NCBI GenBank assembly: GCA_947498985.1 | Contig: CANMMF010000007.1 | Location: forward strand, 192,686 to 256,685 | DNA length: 64,000 nucleotides | Source: an uncultured Rhodobacteraceae bacterium | Lineage (GTDB): Bacteria; Pseudomonadota; Alphaproteobacteria; Rhodobacterales; Rhodobacteraceae | Direction: 5' to 3' | Shown: positions 27,647 through 38,687 of the stretch, piece after piece | How positions within the stretch are numbered: position 1 is the stretch's first letter | How the letters are laid out: the number at the start of each line of letters is the position of its first letter | Notes under the pieces: generated by a model | Told to the model about the DNA's origin: nothing | Database searches by the model: none | Seen by the model: only the letters and a program-made list of their open reading frames with translations | Position numbers and translations under genes: made by a program

Positions 27647-27679
27647 ACATTAAGAACAGGTTTTATCAAGCGAGTCGCA

Positions 27680-28876
27680 ATGATGCTCCTCACCAATGCC
27701 CAGATCGCCACGTTGCAGGACGCTCAAGGCTACGGGCTGGTGGAGGACGGCGCCATCGCCATCGAGGGCGAGCAGATTGCCTGGGTCGGACCCGCCGGCG
27801 AGGTTCCGGCGGCGTATCATGGCGGCACGGTCCATGATCTGGGCGGCCGCCTCGTGACCCCGGGCTTGATCGACTGCCACACCCATGTGGTCTTTGGCGG
27901 CAACCGCGCTGCCGAGTTCGAGCAGCGCCTCAACGGGGCGAGCTACGAAGAGGTCGCGCGCGCCGGTGGCGGGATCGTCTCGACGGTGACCGCGACCCGC
28001 GCGGCCTCTGACGATATGTTGCTGGCAGAGGCGCTCACACGGGTGGACGCTCTGATCGCCGAGGGCGTCATGCTGATCGAGGTGAAATCCGGCTACGGGC
28101 TTGACAGAGAGACGGAGCTCAAGATGCTCCGCGTCGCGCGACAGCTTGCGCAGGCCCGACCGGTCGAGATCCGGACCAGTTTTCTGGGAGCCCATGCCGT
28201 GCCGCCGGAGTACCGGGGCAGTCCCGACGCCTATATCGACGACGTCTGCATCCCGGCCCTGCGCGCCGCCCATGCCGAAGGTCTGGTGGATGCGGTCGAC
28301 GGGTTCTGCGAGGGCATCGCGTTCGACACGGCCCAGATTGCGCGCGTCTTCGACGCGGCGGCGGCACTTGGCCTGCCGGTCAAGCTTCACGCCGAGCAAT
28401 TGTCGAATATCGGCGGCACGCGGCTCGCTGCGCGCTATGGCGCGCTCAGCGCCGATCATGTGGAATATGCCACCGACGAAGACGCCGCGGCGCTGGCGCA
28501 GTCCGGTACGGTGGCGGTGGTGCTGCCCGGCGCGTTCTACACGCTGCGCGAAACCCAGGCGCCGCCGATACAGGCCTTTCGCGATCACGGCGTGCCGATG
28601 GCGCTGGCCACCGACTGCAATCCCGGCTCGTCGCCGCTGGCGTCGGTGCTGCTGAGCATGAACATGGCCTGCACGCTCTTCCGCATGACCCCGCTGGAGG
28701 CGCTGCTGGGTGTGACCGTCCATGCCGCCAGAGCGCTGGGCGTCGCGGATCGCGGGCGGATCACGGCCGGAGCGCGCGCCGATCTTTGTGTCTGGAACGT
28801 GACGCATCCGGCAGAGCTTGCCTACCGTATCGGCTTCAACCCTCTGCACAAGCGCGTCTTCAGGGGGGCGCCATGA
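27680..28876 (+). CDS. hutI: imidazolonepropionase
   Basis: Trimmed to ATG 27680. Motifs [31 protein letters not shown]. Confidence 0.93.
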   Translation: MMLLTNAQIATLQDAQGYGLVEDGAIAIEGEQIAWVGPAGEVPAAYHGGTVHDLGGRLVTPGLIDCHTHVVFGGNRAAEFEQRLNGASYEEVARAGGGIVSTVTATRAASDDMLLAEALTRVDALIAEGVMLIEVKSGYGLDRETELKMLRVARQLAQARPVEIRTSFLGAHAVPPEYRGSPDAYIDDVCIPALRAAHAEGLVDAVDGFCEGIAFDTAQIARVFDAAAALGLPVKLHAEQLSNIGGTRLAARYGALSADHVEYATDEDAAALAQSGTVAVVLPGAFYTLRETQAPPIQAFRDHGVPMALATDCNPGSSPLASVLLSMNMACTLFRMTPLEALLGVTVHAARALGVADRGRITAGARADLCVWNVTHPAELAYRIGFNPLHKRVFRGAP

Positions 28877-30414
28877 CCGTCACGCTCATACCGGGCTCTG
28901 CCACGCTTGCGCAGTTGCAGGACATCTGGTCGAGCCGGAGCGCCGTGGTGCTGGACCCGTCCTCCCATGCCGGGATCAGGGCCGCACATGCGCTGGTGTC
29001 ACAGGCGGCAAATGGCGACGCGGCGGTCTACGGGGTGAACACCGGCTTTGGCAAGCTCGCCAGCGTCAAGATCGCGGCCAAGGACGTGGCCAAGCTTCAG
29101 CGCAACCTGATCCTGTCGCATTGCTGCGGCGTGGGGGAGGCCCTGGACGACGCCACCACCCGGCTGATGATGGTGCTCAAGCTTCTGTCGCTGGGGCGCG
29201 GCGCGTCCGGCGTGGCGATGACCACGGTCGAGACCATCGAGGTCATGCTGGCCCGCGGCGTGATCCCGGTCATCCCGGCCCAGGGCTCCGTCGGCGCGTC
29301 CGGCGATCTGGCGCCGCTTGCGCATATGGCCGCGGCGATGATCGGCGAAGGTGAAGCGTTTTTCGACGGTCAGCGGATGCCATCGGGGGAGGCGCTGTCA
29401 AAGGCCGGGATCCCCCCGATTGTGCTGGGCGCCAAGGAAGGCCTCGCGCTGATCAACGGCACGCAGTTCTCCACTGCCTGCGCGCTTGTCGGGCTCTGGG
29501 GTGCGTGGCGCAATGCGGCGAGCAGCGTGGTGACGGGTGCGCTCTCGACCGATGCGATCATGGGATCCACCGCGCCGCTGCAGGACGCCATCCACACCCT
29601 GCGCGGTCACGCGGGCCAGATCGCCGTCGCGCGCGCCCAACGCGCGCTGATGCACGGATCGCAGATCCGCGAGAGCCATGTGGAGGGCGACACACGGGTG
29701 CAGGATCCCTACTGCATCCGCTGCCAGCCGCAGGTGACGGGGGCGGCGATGGACCTCTTGCATTTCGCCGCGCGCACGTTGGAGACCGAGGCGAATGCCG
29801 TCACCGACAACCCGCTTGTGCTGGTCGATGACGGTCTCATCGTCTCCGGCGGCAATTTCCATGCGGAGCCGGTGGGCCTTGCCGCCGATCAGATTGCGGT
29901 CGCCATTTCAGAGATCGGCGCAATTGCGCAGCGTCGCGTGGCGCTGATGGTGGACCCGACCCTGTCCTTCGATCTGCCGCCGTTCCTGACACCCGATCCG
30001 GGTCTGAACTCCGGCCTGATGATTGCCGAGGTGACCACCGCCGCGCTGATGAGCGAAAACAAGCATCTGGCCAATCCCTGCACGACGGACAGCACACCGA
30101 CCTCCGCCAATCAGGAGGACCACGTGAGCATGGCCGCACATGCGGCACGACGGCTGGAGCGGATGAACCGGAACCTGAACGTGATCCTGGGTGTCGAGGC
30201 GATGTGCGGCGCGCAGGGGATCGAGTTTCGCGCGCCGCTGCAGACCAGCGACGCGTTGAAAGCGGCGATGGCGGTCCTGCGCGCGGATGTGCCGACCGTG
30301 GTCGAGGACCGCTATCTGGCGCCTTCGATCGAAGCGGCAACCGCGCTTGTCGAAACCGGCAGACTGGCCGCGGCGGTGGAGCTTCCGTCCTTTGTTCTGG
30401 GGCACGCCGGATGA
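28873..30414 (+). CDS. hutH: histidine ammonia-lyase
   Basis: ATG 28873 overlaps the hutI stop. MIO-forming [14 protein letters not shown] motif. 513 aa. Confidence 0.95.
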   Translation: MTVTLIPGSATLAQLQDIWSSRSAVVLDPSSHAGIRAAHALVSQAANGDAAVYGVNTGFGKLASVKIAAKDVAKLQRNLILSHCCGVGEALDDATTRLMMVLKLLSLGRGASGVAMTTVETIEVMLARGVIPVIPAQGSVGASGDLAPLAHMAAAMIGEGEAFFDGQRMPSGEALSKAGIPPIVLGAKEGLALINGTQFSTACALVGLWGAWRNAASSVVTGALSTDAIMGSTAPLQDAIHTLRGHAGQIAVARAQRALMHGSQIRESHVEGDTRVQDPYCIRCQPQVTGAAMDLLHFAARTLETEANAVTDNPLVLVDDGLIVSGGNFHAEPVGLAADQIAVAISEIGAIAQRRVALMVDPTLSFDLPPFLTPDPGLNSGLMIAEVTTAALMSENKHLANPCTTDSTPTSANQEDHVSMAAHAARRLERMNRNLNVILGVEAMCGAQGIEFRAPLQTSDALKAAMAVLRADVPTVVEDRYLAPSIEAATALVETGRLAAAVELPSFVLGHAG

Positions 30415-31226
30415 CCCCGGTCGTCACATGTCAGGGCACGGGGCCGGTGGTGCTTGGCCTGCCGCATACCGGGACATTCCTCCCCGACGACATCGAAGCA
30501 CGGCTGAACGAGACCGGGCGCGCGCTCTCAGATACCGACTGGCATGTCGAGCGTCTTTATGACGGGCTGCTGGACAACGTCACAACCGTCCGCGCGACTT
30601 TTCACCGCTATGTCATCGATGCCAATCGCGATCCCGCGGGTGTCAGCCTCTATCCGGGGCAGAACACCACCGGGTTGGTGCCGGTGACGGATTTCGACGG
30701 AAAGGCGATCTGGAAGACGCCGCCCACGTCCCGGGAGGTCGACGCCCGCCGCAGCGCGTTTCATGCGCCCTATCACGCGGCATTGCAGAGCGAACTGGAC
30801 CGCGTCCGGGCCCTGCATGGCGTGGCGATCCTGTTTGACTGCCACTCGATCCGGTCCAACATCCCGTTTCTGTTCGAGGGCCCCTTGCCCGATTTCAACA
30901 TCGGCACAAACGATGGCACAACCTGCGCGCCCATCATCGAGAGCCTCGTGGCGCGTGCCTGCGCTGAGGTCATCGACCCTGAAGACCCGCCCTACAGCCG
31001 TGTCATCAACGGCCGGTTCAAGGGGGGCTGGACCACGCGGCACTATGGCCAGCCCGACACCGGCATCCACGCGATCCAGATGGAACTGGCCCAATCGACC
31101 TACCTCAAGGCCGAACACGCGCCGTGGGAATACGACAAGGACAAGGCGGCCCCGCTGCGCCGTCGCCTGAGCCGCATCCTGACCGACCTCGACGCTGTTG
31201 CCCCCAGCCTGAAAGAGAGACCATGA
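30411..31226 (+). CDS. hutG: N-formylglutamate amidohydrolase
   Basis: ATG 30411 overlaps the hutH stop. FGase-family text ([25 protein letters not shown]). 271 aa. Confidence 0.88.
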   Translation: MTPVVTCQGTGPVVLGLPHTGTFLPDDIEARLNETGRALSDTDWHVERLYDGLLDNVTTVRATFHRYVIDANRDPAGVSLYPGQNTTGLVPVTDFDGKAIWKTPPTSREVDARRSAFHAPYHAALQSELDRVRALHGVAILFDCHSIRSNIPFLFEGPLPDFNIGTNDGTTCAPIIESLVARACAEVIDPEDPPYSRVINGRFKGGWTTRHYGQPDTGIHAIQMELAQSTYLKAEHAPWEYDKDKAAPLRRRLSRILTDLDAVAPSLKERP

Positions 31227-32893
31227 CCAATCCGCGCCACAACCTCCGTGATATCTATCCGCCCACCGGCCCCGAGATCACCGCAAAAAGCTGGCTGACC
31301 GAAGCGCCGATGCGCATGCTGATGAACAACCTGCACCCGGACGTGGCCGAAAACCCGCATGAGCTGGTGGTCTATGGCGGCATGGGCCGCGCCGCGCGCA
31401 CATGGGAGGATTTCGACGCCATCGTTGCCGCGCTGAAAGAGCTCGGGGACACGCAGACGCTGCTTGTGCAATCGGGCAAACCCGTCGGCGTGTTCAACAC
31501 CCACAAGGACGCGCCGCGCGTGTTGATTGCAAACTCCAACCTCGTGCCGCACTGGGCCACGTGGGAGCATTTCAACGAGCTCGATAAGAAGGGGCTGGCG
31601 ATGTATGGCCAGATGACCGCGGGCTCGTGGATCTATATTGGCACGCAGGGCATCGTGCAGGGCACCTACGAGACCTTCATGGAAGCCGGGCGCCAGCATT
31701 ATGAGGGCAACCTCAGCGGACGCTGGATCCTGACCGGCGGGCTGGGGGGCATGGGAGGCGCGCAGCCGCTGGCCGCGGTCATGGCCGGTGCCTGCTGTCT
31801 GGCCGTGGAATGTGACGAAACCCGTGCCGACTTCCGCCTGAGAACGCGCTATGTCGATGAAAAGACACATGATCTCGACAATGCACTGGCGATGATCGAT
31901 CGCTGGACCGCCGCCGGTGAGGCGAAATCCGTGGCGCTGATCGGCAATGCCGCGGACGTCTTCCCGGAGCTGGTCCGGCGCGGTATCAGGCCCGACATGG
32001 TGACGGACCAGACCTCTGCCCATGATCCTGTCCACGGCTACCTGCCGCAGGGCTGGAGCGTCTCCGAATGGCGCGCGAAACAGGAAAGCGATCCGGCGGC
32101 GGTCGAGACAGCCGCCCGCGCCTCGATGAAGATCCAGGTCGCGGCGATGGTGGATTTCTGGAATGCGGGTGTGCCGACGCTGGATTACGGCAACAACATC
32201 CGGCAGGTCGCAAAGGAAGAGGGGCTGGAAAACGCCTTTGCCTTCCCGGGCTTTGTGCCCGCCTATATCCGACCGCTCTTCTGCCGTGGCATCGGTCCGT
32301 TCCGCTGGTGCGCACTTTCGGGCGATCCCGAGGACATCTACAAAACCGACGCGAAGGTCAAAGAGCTGATCGACGATCCGCATCTGCATAACTGGCTCGA
32401 CATGGCGCGCGAGCGGATCAGCTTCCAGGGTCTGCCCGCGCGGATCTGCTGGGTGGGTCTTGGTCTGCGGCACAAGCTGGGTCTGGCGTTCAACGCCATG
32501 GTTCGCTCGGGAGAGTTGAGCGCGCCTGTTGTCATCGGGCGCGATCACCTGGATTCGGGCTCCGTCGCCTCGCCCAATCGCGAGACGGAGGCGATGAAGG
32601 ACGGCTCTGATGCCGTCTCCGACTGGCCGCTGCTCAACGCGATGCTGAACGTGGCGAGCGGTGCGACCTGGGTCTCGCTGCATCACGGCGGCGGTGTCGG
32701 CATGGGGTTTTCGCAGCATTCGGGCATGGTGATCTGCTGCGACGGCACCGAAGACGCGGACCGCCGCCTCGCCAACGTGCTCTGGAACGACCCCGCCACA
32801 GGTGTGATGCGCCACGCCGATGCCGGGTATCAGGACGCGCTGGATTGCGCGACGGAGAACGCCCTGAACCTGCCGGGCATCCTCGGGCGCTGA
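31223..32893 (+). CDS. hutU: urocanate hydratase
   Basis: ATG 31223. 556 aa with highly conserved urocanase text ([41 protein letters not shown]). Confidence 0.96.
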   Translation: MTNPRHNLRDIYPPTGPEITAKSWLTEAPMRMLMNNLHPDVAENPHELVVYGGMGRAARTWEDFDAIVAALKELGDTQTLLVQSGKPVGVFNTHKDAPRVLIANSNLVPHWATWEHFNELDKKGLAMYGQMTAGSWIYIGTQGIVQGTYETFMEAGRQHYEGNLSGRWILTGGLGGMGGAQPLAAVMAGACCLAVECDETRADFRLRTRYVDEKTHDLDNALAMIDRWTAAGEAKSVALIGNAADVFPELVRRGIRPDMVTDQTSAHDPVHGYLPQGWSVSEWRAKQESDPAAVETAARASMKIQVAAMVDFWNAGVPTLDYGNNIRQVAKEEGLENAFAFPGFVPAYIRPLFCRGIGPFRWCALSGDPEDIYKTDAKVKELIDDPHLHNWLDMARERISFQGLPARICWVGLGLRHKLGLAFNAMVRSGELSAPVVIGRDHLDSGSVASPNRETEAMKDGSDAVSDWPLLNAMLNVASGATWVSLHHGGGVGMGFSQHSGMVICCDGTEDADRRLANVLWNDPATGVMRHADAGYQDALDCATENALNLPGILGR

Positions 32894-33129
32894 TCGGGAG
32901 AATGCGCCTTTGCAGCGCGCGCGCCCATTGCGGCGGGGCCCGGGGCGCGTGCCGCGGTGCGCCTGCGGGTGAGGTCAGAGGGCAAACCCCGCGCCGTCGT
33001 CGGTGGGATGTTGCCGCGAGCCTGAAAGGTCAGATCTCGCAGCGCCGCCCTTGGTGGCCGGACGCGCTTTCGGGCGTCGTGCAGCGCCCGGCTGCACTTC
33101 GCGCCGCAGAGCCGCTTCCGTCCTTCGCC

Positions 33130-33840
33130 TTACGCGGTTGTCAACGCGAGAAATCCGGCGGTGTGAAAGCGCACCAGCGTCTCGAAGCTTTCTTCCGGCG
33201 GGCGTTGCGCGCCGCGCCCCGAGAGCTTTTCGGGGCGGCCGGTGGCGGCGCAGATCCCCAGCATGGCCGCCACCATCGCGGAGAAACCTTCGACGACATC
33301 TTCGGGGTCGGCGCCTGCCAGCGCCTTTTGCAATTCGGCGATGTAGTCGCGTGCCATGTCATCATAATGGCGCGCGATGATTTCGGTGCCGAGCGGCGAG
33401 TTGGCCAGCCGCCCCATCAGCGCGGCATAGTTGCGCCAGCCCACATCGCCATGGCTGGCGGACTGGATGAACGGGCTGACATAGTCGCGCACCAGTTGCT
33501 TGATCGGGATCGCATGGCCATCCGCGCGCGTGCGGGCAGCCAGCAGCGCCTCGCGGCGCAACCCGGTCATGATATCCGCGCGACGCGCAACCACGGCGTC
33601 GAAAAGCTGTTCTTTCGGTCCGAAATGATAGCCGATGGAATGGATCTGCAGACCGGCCGCCGCGGCCACGTCGCGGATCGAGGCGCCGTCATACCCGCGG
33701 TCGGCAAAAAGCTCTTCGGCGGCGTCGAGAATGCGGTCGCGGGTCTGCTCGGACTTGCCGCCCTTGGGGCGTCCGGGTTTGCGCGGCGTCTCGGGCTCCG
33801 GCGCCGGTGTCAGGCTGCGCAATTGCCGCCGCATCGTCAT
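33130..33840 (-). CDS. TetR/AcrR family transcriptional regulator
   Basis: HTH region TRDRILDAAEELFADRGYDGASIRDVAAAAGLQIHSIGYHFGPKEQLF. The start overlaps the stop of the upstream BKACE gene (ATGA). Confidence 0.88.
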   Translation of the reverse strand: MTMRRQLRSLTPAPEPETPRKPGRPKGGKSEQTRDRILDAAEELFADRGYDGASIRDVAAAAGLQIHSIGYHFGPKEQLFDAVVARRADIMTGLRREALLAARTRADGHAIPIKQLVRDYVSPFIQSASHGDVGWRNYAALMGRLANSPLGTEIIARHYDDMARDYIAELQKALAGADPEDVVEGFSAMVAAMLGICAATGRPEKLSGRGAQRPPEESFETLVRFHTAGFLALTTA

Positions 33841-34763
33841 GCCGCGCGCGGGGCGGGGGTCAATTGCAAGAGCGCGCGCGCCTCGTCCGGCGTGGCCACG
33901 CGGCAGCCCAGCGCCTCGATCAGGGTTCTGGCGGTCTGCACCTGATCGGCGTTTGAGGTCGACAATTCGCCGGGCCCCGCCCAGAGCGAATCCTCGAGGC
34001 CGACACGCACGTGGCCGCCACCCGAGACAACGGTGGCCGCGACCCGCATCTGCTGTGCGCCGGCCCCCAGCGCCGACCAGACCATGTCATCGCCGAACAG
34101 CCGCAGCGCCGTGCGGCGCATATGCGCGATGTCGTCGGGATGCGCGCCGATCCCGCCCAAAAGGCCAAACACCGTTTGCACGAAGAACGGCGGCTCGACC
34201 GCGCCCTTGTCGGCAAAATGCGCCAGATTGTAGAGGTGGGCAGTGTCGTAGCATTCGAACTCGAACCGGGTGCCGTTCTCCCGGCAGGTGTCCAGAACGT
34301 AGTCGATGTCCTTGTAACTGTTTCGGAAAACCAGATCTTTGGAGCCTTCGAGATGGGCATGTTCCCAATCGGGCAATTGCGGGTAGCGCTTTTGCATCGG
34401 GAAGAGGCCCATATTCATCGACCCCATATTGAGCGAGGCCAGTTGCGGCGCAAATTTCTCAGCCGGGCGGACACGTTCCTGAACGGTCATATAGGGGCTG
34501 CCGCCGGTTGTCAGGTTGAGCACCGCATCGGTTTGCGCGGCGATCTGCGGGACGATGCGACCAAAGCCCTCGACGCTCTGATCCGGCTGACCGGTCTCGT
34601 CGTTGCGGGCATGAAGATGCAGGATCGCGGCACCGGCACAGGCCGCGTCCACCGCCGAGGCAATGATGGCCTCGGATGTGGCCGGAAGATGTGGCGACAT
34701 GGACGGCGTGTGGATCGCGCCGGTGATGGCGCAGGTTATGATGACGGGGCGACGTGTCGGCAC
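33837..34763 (-). CDS. BKACE family enzyme (3-keto-5-aminohexanoate cleavage enzyme-like, DUF849)
   Basis: VIITCAITGAIHTP, AILHLHARN, FEFECYD and GGHVRVGLEDSLW are hallmark BKACE segments. 308 aa. Confidence 0.88.
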   Translation of the reverse strand: MPTRRPVIITCAITGAIHTPSMSPHLPATSEAIIASAVDAACAGAAILHLHARNDETGQPDQSVEGFGRIVPQIAAQTDAVLNLTTGGSPYMTVQERVRPAEKFAPQLASLNMGSMNMGLFPMQKRYPQLPDWEHAHLEGSKDLVFRNSYKDIDYVLDTCRENGTRFEFECYDTAHLYNLAHFADKGAVEPPFFVQTVFGLLGGIGAHPDDIAHMRRTALRLFGDDMVWSALGAGAQQMRVAATVVSGGGHVRVGLEDSLWAGPGELSTSNADQVQTARTLIEALGCRVATPDEARALLQLTPAPRAA

Positions 34764-34771
34764 TTGGGCTC

Positions 34772-37252
34772 CTATCGGGTCGCTGCCTGTTCCGCAGAGC
34801 GGATCAACCCGCGCAGGATCGGCGGTGTGACGGGCAGTGACGCGATCTTAACACCTCGATCCGACAACGCATCCTCGATTGCGCTGGTCAGGGCCGATGG
34901 CGCCCCCAACCTGCCGCCTTCGCCGCCGCCCTTGATGCCGTATTCGGTGAAGGGCGAGGGCGTTTCCACATGGCCCAGCTTGAAATTGCGCGGCATCTCG
35001 TTGGCGGTGGGCATGGCAAACTCGGCGAAGTTGGCATTGGTGAACTGCCCCGTCTCGTCGTAATTGAAGACCTCGCTCAGCGTCGTGCCGATGCCATTGG
35101 CCGTGCCGCCCCAGACCTGACCGGCCAGCGTGCGCGGGTTGACCATGGTGCCGTTGTCATGCACCGCGGCATAGTCGAGGATCTCGACCTTGCCGGTGCC
35201 GGGATCGACCTCGACCGCGACGATGTGACAGATATGGCCCACGATAGGGTAGAAGATGCCAAGGTGGCTCCGGTCCTCGGCGGGGTCCGTCGAGAGCGGA
35301 TGATCGTAGACGGCGGTGGTCTCGATCCCGCTGTCAAACTCCTCGCCATCGGGAAAGCTGAGGCGGAAGAAGCTGGATGTAAGCGCGATCTCGCCAAAGG
35401 CCTTTTCCTGATCCTTCAGCCCCTTGACCGCAACCGTGCCATTGCGCAGCTCGACATCCTCCGGGCGGCGCTGCAGCATATGCGCGCCAAAGCGTTTGAG
35501 CTTTTCCTCCAGCCGGATCGACGCGCTGACGCAGGCGCCCGCGATCATCGCCGTGAACCGGCTGCCCTGCGGACCGACACCGTTGAAGCCCGACTGACTG
35601 TCGGAATAGTTGAACACGATATCCTCGGGCGCGACGGTCAGGCGTTCGGCGAGGATCTGGGCCACCACTGTTTCCGGCGAGTTGCCCACCATCGGCGAAT
35701 TCAGCGTCACGAACAGCTTGCCCGACGGGTCCAGCCGCACGGTGATACCCTCGGGTGTGGAGGTCAGGGTAAACCCGGGTGTCTCCTTGTTGTTGAGCGA
35801 CCACCATTCGGTGGGGCCGTAGACGCTGCGTTCCATGCAGGTGGCCACGCCCACGCCGACGCAGCGCCCCTCGGCGCGCATCGCGTGCGCCTTTTTGCGC
35901 CAGCCGTCGAGATCGAACAGGGTTTGCGCCTCTGACAGCACCTTCTGGAAATTGCCGCTATCATAGATATTGCCGGTCGGGATCATGTAGGGAAACTGAT
36001 CGGGCTGGATCATGTTCTGCACCCGCAACTCGACCGGATCCCGGCCCAGCTCTTCGGCGGCGGCATCGACCATGCGTTCCATGACCCAATTGGTCACTTC
36101 GGAACCGAATCCGCGATAGGGCCCCTGCTGGGTCTTGTTGGTCAGCACCGCCCTGACCCGCATGCCAAAACTCTGGATCCGGTAGGGGCCGGTGACCTGC
36201 GCCATGGCGTTGCCATGGGTGCCGACACCAAACTGCAGATAGGCGCCATAATCATCCAGCACGGTGAAACGCAGCGATGTGAAGGTGCCATCTCCGGCCA
36301 CCGCAAGCTCCGTGTCATAAAGCCGGTCCGACCCGTGGCTGTCGGAGTTGGTGAAGTGTTCCAGCCTGTCTTCGATGTATTTGACCGGCACACCCGCCAG
36401 CCGTGCAAGGCCCGCCGTCAGGATGATGATCTTGTGGCTGAACACCTTGGACCCGAAACTGCCGCCCGTAAGAACAGGCACGATCCGCAGCTCTCCCGGT
36501 GAGACCCGCAGCGCGCCGCCGATCACGAACGGGATGAAGTTGTAGAAGTTCGAATTGGCATGAATCGTGTAGCCGCCCTTGAAGGGATCGAACTGGGCGA
36601 CCACGCCGCTGGTCTCGATCGCCTGCGCCGAGGAGCGCTGCCAGCGCAGACGCCGCTTCACGATATGGTGCGCCTCGGCGAAATGCCGGTCGACCTCACC
36701 GAAGGCAAAGCTTTCGTCGAGCGCGACGTTGCTCTCGCGGTCGTCTGGGTGCAGCAGCGCGTCGCCGGTGGCCGCAGCAGAAGCTTCGAGATCCACGCAG
36801 GCGGGCAGAACCTCCCATTCGACCTCCACCAGTTCGGCGGCGTCCTCCGCGACATAGCGATCCTCGGCAACCACGGCGGCCACCACCTCTCCGACATGGC
36901 GCACCTTGCCCATCGCCATGGCATGCTGCGTGATCGGCGGAGAGGCGAAACTGGGGCAGGGCTCCACGACGGAGGCCAGATCCTCGCCGGTATAGACACC
37001 GATCACACCGGGCAAAGCGCTGGCCTTTGAGGTGTCTATGCTGACGATGCGCGCATGGGCGTGCGGGCTAGAGACCATCGCCGCATGGGCCATGCCCGGC
37101 ACCGTGATGTCGTCGATATAGCCGCCCTTGCCAGACAGGATCCGCGGGTCCTCGACCCGCATCATGCTCTGGCCGATCCAGGTCAATCCGGCGCGCGGCG
37201 CCTCGCGCTGACGGCTGGGCGGGATGACGTTGCTTTTCAGATGGTCGGACAT
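34772..37252 (-). CDS. xanthine dehydrogenase/CO dehydrogenase-family molybdopterin-binding large subunit
   Basis: Trimmed to ATG 37252 (GAGGGAG upstream). 826 aa aldehyde-oxidase/XDH a/b-hammerhead and MoCo-binding text (GGSFGSK, GPYRGFG, GGGEGG). Confidence 0.9.
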   Translation of the reverse strand: MSDHLKSNVIPPSRQREAPRAGLTWIGQSMMRVEDPRILSGKGGYIDDITVPGMAHAAMVSSPHAHARIVSIDTSKASALPGVIGVYTGEDLASVVEPCPSFASPPITQHAMAMGKVRHVGEVVAAVVAEDRYVAEDAAELVEVEWEVLPACVDLEASAAATGDALLHPDDRESNVALDESFAFGEVDRHFAEAHHIVKRRLRWQRSSAQAIETSGVVAQFDPFKGGYTIHANSNFYNFIPFVIGGALRVSPGELRIVPVLTGGSFGSKVFSHKIIILTAGLARLAGVPVKYIEDRLEHFTNSDSHGSDRLYDTELAVAGDGTFTSLRFTVLDDYGAYLQFGVGTHGNAMAQVTGPYRIQSFGMRVRAVLTNKTQQGPYRGFGSEVTNWVMERMVDAAAEELGRDPVELRVQNMIQPDQFPYMIPTGNIYDSGNFQKVLSEAQTLFDLDGWRKKAHAMRAEGRCVGVGVATCMERSVYGPTEWWSLNNKETPGFTLTSTPEGITVRLDPSGKLFVTLNSPMVGNSPETVVAQILAERLTVAPEDIVFNYSDSQSGFNGVGPQGSRFTAMIAGACVSASIRLEEKLKRFGAHMLQRRPEDVELRNGTVAVKGLKDQEKAFGEIALTSSFFRLSFPDGEEFDSGIETTAVYDHPLSTDPAEDRSHLGIFYPIVGHICHIVAVEVDPGTGKVEILDYAAVHDNGTMVNPRTLAGQVWGGTANGIGTTLSEVFNYDETGQFTNANFAEFAMPTANEMPRNFKLGHVETPSPFTEYGIKGGGEGGRLGAPSALTSAIEDALSDRGVKIASLPVTPPILRGLIRSAEQAATR

Positions 37253-37270
37253 GGGGGTCTCCCTCAAGCG

Positions 37271-37786
37271 TCAGGTCGGCTGAAGCGTGGTTTCGGTGTC
37301 GGCCTCACGCAATTTGACCGCGGCGGAGCGAATGGCGCTGATGATGAATTCATACCCCGTGCACCGGCACAGGTTGCCCGAGATCGCCTCGCGGATCTCG
37401 TCATCGGTGGGATCGGGGTTCTCGGCCAGAAGCTCTTGCGCGCTGGCCAGCATGCCCGGTGTGCAAAAGCCGCATTGCAGCCCGTGCTCTTCCCAGAAGG
37501 CCTGCTGGATCGGGTGCAGGTCATCGCCCCTGGCCAGACCCTCGACCGTGGTGATCTCGGAGCCTTCGGCCTGCACCGCGAACATCAGGCAGGACCGCAC
37601 GGCCTTGCCGTCAAGCACCACGTTGCAAGATCCGCAAACCCCGTGTTCGCAGCCGACATGGGTTCCGGGCAGCGCCAGTTCCTGACGGATGAAATCCGAC
37701 AGAAGCATGCGCGCGGGCACCGTCGCTTTGCGCAGGCGTCCGTTGACGGTCAGTTCAAACGATACGGTGGTCATTGCGTCCTCCAT
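37271..37786 (-). CDS. (2Fe-2S)-binding small subunit of the molybdenum hydroxylase
   Basis: CEHGVCGSCNV and CGFCTPGM ... CRCTGY motifs. Confidence 0.92.
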   Translation of the reverse strand: MEDAMTTVSFELTVNGRLRKATVPARMLLSDFIRQELALPGTHVGCEHGVCGSCNVVLDGKAVRSCLMFAVQAEGSEITTVEGLARGDDLHPIQQAFWEEHGLQCGFCTPGMLASAQELLAENPDPTDDEIREAISGNLCRCTGYEFIISAIRSAAVKLREADTETTLQPT

Positions 37787-37804
37787 CCTGGGATTGCTCC
37801 GGCC

Positions 37805-38665
37805 TCACCGGGCGCGCGCCACGGCGTCGCCCAGAACGCGCGGCAGCAGCGCGCGGATGAGGTCGCGTTTGTACTCTGCATCGCTGGCGGCGCTTTCCTG
37901 CGGCTCGGCGCGATTGGCCGCGTCCTGTGCAATTTCGGCGAACAGCCCTTCCTCCGGGGATTGCCCGGCCAGAGCGCGTTCGGCATCCCCAAGCCGCGTG
38001 GCGCAGGCATTGACACCGGCCAGCGCGATCCGGGGTGACGCGATCTGGCCGTCGCGGATCTGCAGCGTCGCCACAACCGTACACCAGGCATAATCGCCCC
38101 GACGCATCGCCACTTCCTCAAACCCCCATCCGGTCTTTTCGGCGGGCTTTGGAATGCGCAGTTCGGTCAGTATTTCGTCGGCCGCGATGGCGGTTTCATA
38201 GGTCCCGACGAAGAAATCCGTGGCGGCAACGCTCCGCTGCGCGCCGGTTTTCGAGAGCACCAGCTCCGCCTCCAGGATCTGCATGATGGCGGGCATCTCG
38301 GAGGCCGCATCCGCATGGCACAGATTGCCGCAAAGCGTGCCGCGGTTGCGCACGGCGGCATGTGCAATCCAGTCATAGGCTTCCGCGATGATCGGCAGAT
38401 GCGCCGCAATCAGGTCCGAGGATTTGACCGCCGCGTGGCGCGCCAGAGCACCGATTGCAATCACGTCGTCTTCCTCGCGGATATAGTCGAGCTCTGACAG
38501 CCGGTTGATGTCGATCAGGCAGTCGGGCCGGGCGAGGCGATAGTTCATCATCGGAACGAGGCTTTGGCCCCCCGCAAGAATGCGTGTGTCCCCGCCCGAG
38601 CCCAGCAGCGCGAGTGCGGCAGGCAGGTCGGCGGGACGCTCGTACCGGAATGCGGATGGTTTCAT
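37805..38665 (-). CDS. FAD-binding medium subunit of the molybdenum hydroxylase (CoxM-like)
   Basis: Trimmed to ATG 38665 (GGAGGA upstream). MKPSAFRYERPADLPAALALL...LAGGQSLVPMMN is typical of the FAD-binding PCMH subunit. Confidence 0.88.
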   Translation of the reverse strand: MKPSAFRYERPADLPAALALLGSGGDTRILAGGQSLVPMMNYRLARPDCLIDINRLSELDYIREEDDVIAIGALARHAAVKSSDLIAAHLPIIAEAYDWIAHAAVRNRGTLCGNLCHADAASEMPAIMQILEAELVLSKTGAQRSVAATDFFVGTYETAIAADEILTELRIPKPAEKTGWGFEEVAMRRGDYAWCTVVATLQIRDGQIASPRIALAGVNACATRLGDAERALAGQSPEEGLFAEIAQDAANRAEPQESAASDAEYKRDLIRALLPRVLGDAVARAR

Positions 38666-38687
38666 GTCATGTCCTCCCTCTGTCCCG

